34,646 nucleotides of DNA, taken from assembly GCA_046581755.1 (NCBI GenBank), contig JAYGFR010000232.1, positions 1 to 34,646 of the forward strand. Reading direction: 5' to 3'. Both the position numbers and the translations under genes were made by a program. Positions within the stretch are counted from its first letter, which is position 1; each line of letters opens with the position of its first letter. Shown one piece after another: positions 1 through 6,941 of this stretch. Under the pieces are notes generated by a model. The model had not been told where the DNA came from. It did not search any database and saw only the letters and a list, made by a program, of their open reading frames with translations. This stretch comes from Nitrospinota bacterium (GTDB taxonomy: Bacteria > UBA8248).

Positions 1-127
1 ACGCGGCTTCCGTTAGATGGCCAGTGTGGTTGCCGATGTGAAGTTCATCGATGGAGTAGACGAGAGAGAGACGGGCAGGAAGGCCGCTTGATTCAGGACG
101 GCCATACACCAGATTTGACGGTAGCTC
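1..127 (+). mobile_element. Right end of an IS256-family-like insertion sequence: transposase C-terminal remnant plus terminal inverted repeat
   Basis: Frame 2 reads RGFR*MASVVADVKFIDGVDERETGRKAA* (stop 89-91), which resembles the IS256-type transposase C-terminus (..RGF..LA.V..GVKF.DG..AA*). It is followed by TACACCAGATTTGACGGTAGCTC ending at 127, the style of right end I recall for this group. The internal TAG at 14-16 suggests decay. The left part is outside the window. Confidence 0.65.
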
Positions 128-142
128 TAGTTCGATTAGAAT
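115..142 (+). promoter_or_regulatory. Putative sigma70 hybrid promoter TTGACG-16nt-TAGAAT
   Basis: The -35 (115-120) lies inside the putative IS end, the -10 (137-142) lies outside it, and the promoter points into the selenoprotein operon. Confidence 0.5.
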
Positions 143-207
143 GGGGACAAATTCTAAGGACAGGCGAATTTCGACCTCCCCGAACAACCTCGCACAGGAG
201 GGTGGAC

Positions 208-762
208 ATGACCGAGATGACGAAGGAAAAAGAAAAAATTCTCGTGTACGAACCCGTGGCGGAGGCTTCAGGCGCAAACGCAGCCTTGTCCGCGCGGCCC
301 GAGAGCCTAAACGGCAAGAGCGTCGGCCTCATCAACAACACCAAGGATTTCACCGATGAGATTTTAGGCGTAATGGGAGCCGAGCTTCAAAAACAGTTTC
401 CCGGCGTGCGCGTCGTGCGCTACAGGAAAGAATCCGTGAGCGGCGCATCTCAGGCTCTCATGGAACAAGTGGAAAGAGAGTGCGACGCGGTCGTCTGCGC
501 CCTGGGCGACTGAGGCTCGTGCACGTCGTGGAGTATCCACGACAGCGTCGCCTTAGAGAAAAGAGGACTGCCCACGGCCACGGTCGTCACCGACGCCTTC
601 GAGACCTACGCCAGGCAACTCACCAAGCTGCACAAGATGCGCGAGCTTCCCCTCGTCACCCTTCCCCACCCCATAGCGGGCAGAAAGCGCGAGGAGGTGG
701 ATGAGATGTCGGAAAGAGCGAGCACGCATCTGGCGGCGGCCCTCACACGGGCGAACGGCTGA
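208..762 (+). CDS. UGSC-family selenoprotein (184 aa, Sec at codon 102, UxxC motif)
   Basis: AGGAGG RBS at 196-201 and ATG at 208. The in-frame TGA at 511-513 sits in DAVVCALGD-U-GSCTSWSIHDS. The frame stays open for another 82 codons (..LEKRGLPTATVVTDAF..LPHPIAG..) to TGA 760-762. A SECIS-like hairpin follows the UGA. Confidence 0.88.
525..543 (+). promoter_or_regulatory. Bacterial SECIS-like hairpin
   Basis: Perfect 8-bp stem GTCGTGGA/TCCACGAC with a GTA loop, starting 11 nt after the UGA. The apical loop begins with G followed by U. Confidence 0.8.
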
Positions 763-769
763 TATCGGC

Positions 770-1870
770 ATGGACACACCCCGTCCCGCCCGCCAGATAG
801 CGCTCGATGAAGACCCGGGCGCGATATTCGATCACTTCTACGAGGAGGGCTGGACGGACGGGCTGCCCATCATCCCGCCGACCGAGGAGCGCGTCGCAGA
901 AACCCTGCGCTTCACGGACTATGCGCCGCACGACGTGATCGCCAATGTCCCGCCCAGAAACGCGCCTGCCACGGTGGAGGGCATCGCCATCAACGCCGTG
1001 ATGGCGGGCTGTAGGCCTGAATATCTGCCCGTGCTCATCGCCGCCGTGCAGGCCATGACGGAGCCCGCCTACAACCTCTACGGCCGCCAGACGACCACCC
1101 ACCCGGGCGCGCACTTGATGATCGTCCACGGGCCGGTGCGAAACGAACTCGAGGTAAACTGCCGCCAGAACGTGTTCGGCCAGGGCCGGCGCGCCAACGC
1201 GACGCTGGGGCGCGCGGTGAGGCTCTTGATGATGAACGTGGGCGGCGGCATCCCCGGCGTGACGGACATGGCCACCCACGGGCATCCGGGAAAATACTCC
1301 TACACCATCGGCGAGGACGAGGAGGGAAGCCCCTGGCCGCCCTTCCATGTCGACAGGGGTTTGTCGCCCGAGACTTCCGCCGTCACCATGCTCTGCGCCG
1401 AGGCGCCCCACAACGTCAACGATCTCGTGAGCAAGACGGCCCACAAATACCTGGGCACCGCCGCTTCGGCCATGAGCCACCTGGGCGCGAACGGCGTCTA
1501 CCGAAGCGGGCTGCCGAGCGAGCAGATGCTCGTCCTGACCGCCGAGGCCGCCACCTGGTTGTCAAATCAAGGGTGGTCGAAAGCCGACGTATCCCAGTAC
1601 ATCTTCGAGACGGCGCGCCAGCCGATTCGCCTGATGCGCGATCGCGGCGGCTTCGACATGACGCCGCTCGCCCCTTTCGTGAACCTCGATGAGGATGAGG
1701 ACATGGCCCCCATAGTCCCGAGGCCGAAGGATATCCTCATCGTCATCGCCGGCGGCCACGGCCGCCACATGAAGGCCGTCCTCACGGCGAGCTACAACCT
1801 GAGCGTCACCAAAGCGATCACGCGCAAAGACGGAACGCCCATCGGCTCGGTGAGGGAGTTCGTGGAGTGA
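770..1870 (+). CDS. Uncharacterised conserved protein (GWTDGLPIIPPT / AINAVMAGC family), partner of the UGSC protein, 366 aa
   Basis: ATG at 770 lies 7 nt after the selenoprotein stop. Motifs GWTDGLPIIPPTEERV, IAINAVMAGCRPEY, RANATLGRA and GHPGKY are recognisable from a family I recall next to or fused with UGSC proteins. Confidence 0.85.
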   Translation: MDTPRPARQIALDEDPGAIFDHFYEEGWTDGLPIIPPTEERVAETLRFTDYAPHDVIANVPPRNAPATVEGIAINAVMAGCRPEYLPVLIAAVQAMTEPAYNLYGRQTTTHPGAHLMIVHGPVRNELEVNCRQNVFGQGRRANATLGRAVRLLMMNVGGGIPGVTDMATHGHPGKYSYTIGEDEEGSPWPPFHVDRGLSPETSAVTMLCAEAPHNVNDLVSKTAHKYLGTAASAMSHLGANGVYRSGLPSEQMLVLTAEAATWLSNQGWSKADVSQYIFETARQPIRLMRDRGGFDMTPLAPFVNLDEDEDMAPIVPRPKDILIVIAGGHGRHMKAVLTASYNLSVTKAITRKDGTPIGSVREFVE

Positions 1871-1933
1871 GGGGATTACCTGAAATCGAAAGATTAAAAC
1901 AGATATGCTTATAAACCAAGGATATACAAGTAA

Positions 1934-2045
1934 CTATGAGTCCTTGGTGGATCTCTTGCTATACCCATAACCACCAGCAAATCCAACCCCTAAACCTCCT
2001 AAACCCGTCAATACTGGCATTATGAGTTCTTTCGCCCCGAATATT
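1934..2045 (-). pseudogene. Possible 3' remnant of a low-GC membrane-protein gene
   Basis: It ends in a hydrophobic, Gly-rich segment LIMPVLTGLGGLGVGFAGGYGY followed by a basic tail. No convincing start or RBS; AT-rich context. Confidence 0.3.
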
Positions 2046-2200
2046 AAACTGGAATTATGCGGCAACGCTCTCCTTTTAGCAAAATACGGCCTAATTTTCT
2101 TCCTCTGCGGTGCCTCCCGCCAAGAAGTCCATAAAGTCCGAAAAAAGATACCCTCTTGAGTGCCCCTTCCATCCAAATCCACCGTGAATAAAGGGTTTTT

Positions 2201-2620
2201 TCCATTAATCAGAGTGGAGGACAGACAGCCCACTCCATAACAAACGTATCACCACCAAGGCGAAATCTCTTAAACTCGACGCGGCAACAGATGGTTCAAT
2301 ATTTGTCTCAGAATCAAAAGGGCACTGTCGGATTTGCCTCAACTCAAGGGGATGTTGAGGCACACCAATGGAAGGAGCAGTTGATGTCTGTTTTTGCAGA
2401 AGCTGGCTGGAAGGTGCAGGACTGCAAGACATTCATGTTCTTTGGAGAAAAAGATGGATTTGTCGTTACGATTCCTTTCAATACCTCAATTACAACTGGA
2501 TTACCTCAAGTCACCGTTCAAGCACTAAATATGACAGGAAATCCAATCTCGTGGAATGAGGGGGATATGGCAAACGAGGTAGGCATTTACGTGCAGGTTT
2601 GGCACGCTCCACAGGATTAA
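2201..2620 (+). pseudogene. Low-GC hypothetical gene, probably 5'-truncated (ATG 2291 gives 109 aa)
   Basis: The frame is open upstream of ATG 2291 back to a TAA at 2189 (SINQSGGQTAHSITNVSPPRRNLLNSTRQQM..) and looks protein-like but has no start. Its composition is unlike the host genes. Confidence 0.45.
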
Positions 2621-2652
2621 AATCGATAGCGAACAAGAGTACCCCCATATCC

Positions 2653-2732
2653 TTACACCATCACCTTCTCCCCCCCGCAGATCCCGGCGAACCTTCTTCA
2701 AAATCTCTAGCCCCCGCGCGCTCCTTCCCTCG
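2653..2732 (-). pseudogene. Diverged duplicate of the hisH 3' end (RGLEILK/RFAGIC-GGEKVMV*) with a 1-nt insertion
   Basis: 2677-2716 encodes the same 13 residues as hisH 3535-3573 once one extra A is removed. There are 9 differences in 39 nt, all synonymous. Confidence 0.8.
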
Positions 2733-2735
2733 TTT

Positions 2736-3020
2736 CTATTTGGGCAATTCGATGCCCAGTTCCCGGGCGGCGTCCTCAAGCGTGATGGCCTTTTCGTTGC
2801 TACCCTCGAAATCGGCGAGGGCGGCCTCGGCGGAGCGCAAATCCTCGGCATCCTCCAGCTCTTCCAAAGCCTCCGCAGCTTCCACCGGAACAAGATAAGC
2901 GATCACCTCTCCCCGGCGGGTGATGCCCACCCGCTCCTTGCCATAGCTGACGCGGTTAATTACATCCGAAAAATTCTGGCGCGCCTCTCTCGTGCTTACG
3001 GTCGTCGCGGTCGTTTTCAT
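2736..3020 (-). CDS. Type II antitoxin, Phd/YefM family
   Basis: N-terminal VSTREARQNFSDVINRV..ERVGITRRG is the Phd fold signature, followed by an acidic C-terminus. RBS GGAGAGG. Confidence 0.9.
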   Translation of the reverse strand: MKTTATTVSTREARQNFSDVINRVSYGKERVGITRRGEVIAYLVPVEAAEALEELEDAEDLRSAEAALADFEGSNEKAITLEDAARELGIELPK

Positions 3021-3080
3021 ATCCCTCTCCTGGCGTTACCTCGCCTTATTCGTGCCGGGCATACGCCGCCAAGTATTTCC

Positions 3081-3344
3081 CTATTTCCGGTACGCGCTCC
3101 CCCGGGTGGCGATTTCAATTACCAGCACTCTGAGTTCGCCCCGGTCCACTTCGTAGCTTATGCGGTAATTATCAAACACCCGAATTCGCCAGATGTTTTT
3201 CATTCCGGAAAGCTTTTTGCTCCGGGGAGGCGTCGGCTCGTCCGCCAATGCCCGAATTGCCATCAACAGCTTCTGCTGATCTGCTTTTCGAAATTTCCTT
3301 AACGCTTTCATCGCCGATGGAATGATATAGACCGTGTATTCCAT
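3081..3344 (-). CDS. Type II toxin, RelE/ParE family
   Basis: 87 aa and basic, with MEYTVYI.PSA.KAL, KKLSG...WRIRV.NYRI.YEV and R..AYR, typical of RelE. Confidence 0.9.
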   Translation of the reverse strand: MEYTVYIIPSAMKALRKFRKADQQKLLMAIRALADEPTPPRSKKLSGMKNIWRIRVFDNYRISYEVDRGELRVLVIEIATRGSAYRK

Positions 3345-3385
3345 CGTACAAATATAATCTTATGTACTTTTATATTCAAGTGTAC
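3345..3385 (-). promoter_or_regulatory. TA promoter TTGAAT-17nt-TATATT with three GTAC operator-like cores
   Basis: -35 at 3379-3374 and -10 at 3356-3351, with only 6 nt before the toxin ATG. GTAC occurs at 3346, 3364 and 3382 (18-bp period). Confidence 0.7.
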
Positions 3386-3507
3386 CGATATCTTACAAAG
3401 CCCCGACCAGCGTGTACATCTTCAACAAATTGGATTTAAAGGGGTTTAATCAGGTTGAAACACTGACAGAGCGCGCTATGGGCCAAAAAAGTACGATTCG
3501 CTAGCCG

Positions 3508-4176
3508 CTAGGGGGCCGCCGGAGCGGTCTCGCGGCAGATCCCCGCGAAGCGCTTGAGGATTTCGAGCCCGCGCGAGCCGCTTTTTTCGGGGTGGAACTG
3601 GGTGGCGAAGAGGCGGTCCTTGCGGACGCTGGCGATGAAGGGGACGCCGTAGGAGCAGGTGGCTGCGATATAGGGGCGGCAGGCGTCCGACAATTCGGCA
3701 TAGTAGGAGTGGACAAAATAGAAGTGCTGTCCCTCAATTCCGCCGTCCAGGAGCGGCGATGGGTTTTCGAGACAAATTTCGTTCCAGCCCATATGGGGAA
3801 TGCGGATGTCCCGGCTCCGGCCTTCCTCGCGCGCACCCTGGGGAAACTTGAGGATGCGGCCGGGTAAGAGGCCGAGGCCGGGCGTTGCGCCAAATTCCTC
3901 GCTGGCCTCGAAGAGAACCTGGAGGCCCAGGCAAATGCCCAGATAGGGCACCCCGCGCGCGATGGCCTCTTTGATCGGATCGGACAGCCCGGCGGCGTTA
4001 AGAGCGTTCATGCACTCGGGAAATCCGCCCACACCGGGGAGGATGATGCCGGACGCCCCGGCGATATCCGCGGGGTCGCCCGAAAGGCGCGAGGCCGCGC
4101 CGATGCTCCCCAGCCCGTTGGCGACGCTCCTGACGTTGCCCATCCCGTAATCGACGACGACGATGGGGGCTCCCAT
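3508..4176 (-). CDS. hisH: Imidazole glycerol phosphate synthase glutaminase subunit
   Basis: VDYGMGN, LPGVG, LGICLG, PHMGWN, YFVHSYY and QFHPEKS motifs. Confidence 0.97.
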   Translation of the reverse strand: MGAPIVVVDYGMGNVRSVANGLGSIGAASRLSGDPADIAGASGIILPGVGGFPECMNALNAAGLSDPIKEAIARGVPYLGICLGLQVLFEASEEFGATPGLGLLPGRILKFPQGAREEGRSRDIRIPHMGWNEICLENPSPLLDGGIEGQHFYFVHSYYAELSDACRPYIAATCSYGVPFIASVRKDRLFATQFHPEKSGSRGLEILKRFAGICRETAPAAP

Positions 4177-4249
4177 CTCATCTCCCGAAGGTGTTTGAAA
4201 GACTGAAGGAGGGCCCGGCGATACTCGCGCGGTCTCCCGCCGGCCCCGG

Positions 4250-4852
4250 CTAGAGTACGCCCTTGGTGCTGGGAACCCCCGTCTCGCGCAGATCGATGGC
4301 GGCGGCGGCCCGAAGCGCGCGCGAGAAGCCTTTGAAGACGGCTTCGGTCATGTGGTGGCTATTCTCGCCGTAGGCGATCTCGATGTGGAGGTCGATGCCC
4401 GCCTGGGTCGCCAGCGACCAGAAAAACTCGCGCACGAGAGCCGTATCGAACGCGCCGATTCGGGCCTCGGGGAAGCTTCCGCGGAAAACGAGGTTCCCCC
4501 GCCCGCCGGCGTCCAGCGCCACCAGGGCGAGTGCGTCCATCATCGGGAGGCGCACGTTCGAATAGCGGGCGATCCCCGCGCGGTCGCCCAGCGCCTTGGC
4601 GAGGGTCTGGCCCAGGAGGATACCCACGTCCTCGACGGTGTGGTGGCCGTCCACTTCAAGGTCGCCCTTGCCCCGGACACTCAGATCGACGAGGCCGTGC
4701 CGGGCGATCTGGCCCAGCATGTGGTCGAAAAATTCCAGGCCCGTGCGCACATCTGCTTTTCCGCTTCCGTCCAGATCGAGGGAAACCGTGAAATCCGTCT
4801 CCTTGGTCTTCCGGCTCGATTGGGCTTTGCGGCCCTGCATTTTCGCCGCCAC
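4250..4852 (-). CDS. hisB: Imidazoleglycerol-phosphate dehydratase
   Basis: RKTKET, FFDHML, DGHHTVED, NSHHMTEA and PSTKGVL motifs. Confidence 0.97.
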   Translation of the reverse strand: MAAKMQGRKAQSSRKTKETDFTVSLDLDGSGKADVRTGLEFFDHMLGQIARHGLVDLSVRGKGDLEVDGHHTVEDVGILLGQTLAKALGDRAGIARYSNVRLPMMDALALVALDAGGRGNLVFRGSFPEARIGAFDTALVREFFWSLATQAGIDLHIEIAYGENSHHMTEAVFKGFSRALRAAAAIDLRETGVPSTKGVL

Positions 4853-4965
4853 GGCGGGTCTCCTCGATAAGATTCAACTATTTACGGGCATCGGCACACC
4901 AGCCCGTGAAAATTGCGCGCCAATATATTCGATTGGGTCGCCGGGCGCCAGAGGGGGCGGAAGAG

Positions 4966-6267
4966 TTAGCGGGCCAAATCCCCCGAGCGCAGCCTCAGCG
5001 AGCGCGCATGGGCGGGAAAACCTTCCAGGTCGGCCAGCGCCGCCGCCGGCCCGGTCAAGCGGGCGGCCGCTTCCGGACCCAGCTCGGTCACGCTCGACCA
5101 CTTGAAAAAATCGAGAACCCCCAGGGGCGAGGCAAATCGCGCCGCCCCGCCCGTCGGAAGGATGTGGTTCGGACCGGCGAGATAGTCCCCGAAAGGCGCC
5201 GCGCTCCACGGGCCACAGAGTATGGCCCCCGCATTGCGGATCCCGGCGGCCGCCTCGCCGGGACGTTCGACCATGAGTTCGAGATGCTCGGGAGCCAGGC
5301 GCTCGGCCACCTCCAGGGCCTCCTCGCGGGCGGCCACCTCGACGATGGCCCCTTGGGACTTTAGCGCATCGGAGATGATCTCCCGCCTCGTGGCGGTGGC
5401 CACCTGGCGCTCCACCTCGGCTTCGAGCCGGTCGGCCACCTCAGAGCCCACCGCCACGCCCACGGCCATGGCCGTGGGATCATGCTCCGCCTGGGCGAGC
5501 AGGTCGGCGGCGGCCCATTCGGCCCGTCCCGGATCGTCCAGAACCACGACCACCTCGCTCGGCCCCGCGTCCTTGTCCACGTCGGCCACGTCGCGGACGA
5601 GGCGCTTGGCCGCCGCGACGAAGATGTTCCCGGGCCCCACGATTTTGTCCACCTTCGCGATGGTGGGCGTCCCGTAGGCCATCGCCGCAATCGCCTGGGC
5701 GCCGCCCGCCCGGAATACGTGCTTGACGCCGGTCAGCGCGGCCGCCGCCAGAACGGATCGGGCAATCTCCCCCTCGCGGTTCGGGGGCGAGCACATGACG
5801 ATTTCCTCGACCCCGGCCGCCTTGGCGGGAATGGCGCTCATGAGAACCGTCGAAGGGTACGCGGCCCTGCCCCCGGGCACATAGAGGCCCACCCGCTTGA
5901 GCGGAATCGGGCGAAGGGCAAACCGCTCGCCCGGCATGGGCGCGAACTCGATAATTTCGGGAAGGCAAACCTCGTGAAAGGCGCGAATGCGGTCCGCCGC
6001 CAGCGAAAGCGCATCGCGGACATCCGGGGTCAGCGATTCCAGCGCCTCTTGCATCTCCCGCTCCGGAACGGGAACCTTCTCCGGGCTCAAGTCCACGAAA
6101 TCGAAGGTTTTCGTATATTCCCGCAGGGCGGTGTCGCCGTGTTGGCGCACGTTGTCGAGGATGGGGCGAACCCTCTCCTCGGCGCTCTTGAACATCGTCT
6201 CGCCCGCGAACGGAAGCGCATCCAGCTCGGCCGCCGCATTCACATCGCCCCACCGAATCCGCTTCAT
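4966..6267 (-). CDS. hisD: Histidinol dehydrogenase
   Basis: YVPGGRA.YPS, GPGN.FV, AGPSE, QAEHD, APEHLE and AGPNH.LPT motifs. ATG 6267 overlaps the hisG stop. Confidence 0.97.
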   Translation of the reverse strand: MKRIRWGDVNAAAELDALPFAGETMFKSAEERVRPILDNVRQHGDTALREYTKTFDFVDLSPEKVPVPEREMQEALESLTPDVRDALSLAADRIRAFHEVCLPEIIEFAPMPGERFALRPIPLKRVGLYVPGGRAAYPSTVLMSAIPAKAAGVEEIVMCSPPNREGEIARSVLAAAALTGVKHVFRAGGAQAIAAMAYGTPTIAKVDKIVGPGNIFVAAAKRLVRDVADVDKDAGPSEVVVVLDDPGRAEWAAADLLAQAEHDPTAMAVGVAVGSEVADRLEAEVERQVATATRREIISDALKSQGAIVEVAAREEALEVAERLAPEHLELMVERPGEAAAGIRNAGAILCGPWSAAPFGDYLAGPNHILPTGGAARFASPLGVLDFFKWSSVTELGPEAAARLTGPAAALADLEGFPAHARSLRLRSGDLAR

Positions 6268-6941
6268 ATCCGATCCTTCGGTTTTTCGGGCCTGCAAACT
6301 TTTTTGAGCAAAGAGACGAACCGGCTCACTCGATCATGCTTGGTTTTCAGGCTCGCCCGGTTGACGATGAGTCGGGCGGTGGCGCTGAAAATCTCTCGGA
6401 TGGGGACCAGCCCGTTCGCATCGAGCGTTCCCCCCGTATCCACCAGATCGACAACGGCGTCCGCCACCCCCGCCGCTGGCGCGATCTCGACGTTTCCGTA
6501 GAGCCGGATCGTTTGTGCCTGAATTCCCTGGTCCTCGAAATAGCGTGCGGCGATTCCGGGAAATTTGGTGGCCACGCGGACGCCCATCTGCCTGGAAAGC
6601 GCCTCCCAGGTCACTCCCTCCGGGACGGCGACCATCAGACGGCAGCGCGCGAAATGAAGGTCGAGCGGCTCATATACCTCCGGGCCCTGTTCGAGGAGCA
6701 CGTCCTTTCCGATGACGCCCAGGTCCGCCGCCCCGCGCTCGACATAGGTGGGAACGTCGTAGTTGCGAAGAATCAGCACCCGGAGGGCGGTTTTTTTATC
6801 TTCATGGATGAGCAGGCGCGATTTATCCGAGATGGCCTTGGAGAGAAGTCCCGCCTCCAGCAGGCGCTCCACCGCCGTGGTGAAAATCCTTCCCTTCGGA
6901 AGGGCCAGCGTCAAGCCGGCGGAGGCATTGTTTTCGCTCAT
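6264..6941 (-). CDS. hisG: ATP phosphoribosyltransferase, short form (HisZ-dependent)
   Basis: ALPKGR, DVPTYVE.G.ADLG, VATKF and DLVDTGGTL motifs. 225 aa, with no C-terminal regulatory domain. Confidence 0.96.
   Translation of the reverse strand: MSENNASAGLTLALPKGRIFTTAVERLLEAGLLSKAISDKSRLLIHEDKKTALRVLILRNYDVPTYVERGAADLGVIGKDVLLEQGPEVYEPLDLHFARCRLMVAVPEGVTWEALSRQMGVRVATKFPGIAARYFEDQGIQAQTIRLYGNVEIAPAAGVADAVVDLVDTGGTLDANGLVPIREIFSATARLIVNRASLKTKHDRVSRFVSLLKKVCRPEKPKDRI

Noticed and set aside
88..513. 141-aa ORF as listed in the track
   Set aside because: The TTG start lies in the IS remnant. The better start is ATG 208 with an RBS, and the TGA is better explained as Sec.
480..704. Short overlapping + strand ORF (74 aa)
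   Set aside because: It is an out-of-frame shadow of the selenoprotein's second half, Arg-rich and without motifs.
2030..2200. Possible integron attC site or a third degraded hisH-end copy
   Set aside because: No RYYYAAC/GTTRRRY pair with an internal palindrome was found, and similarity to the hisH end is too weak to support by eye.
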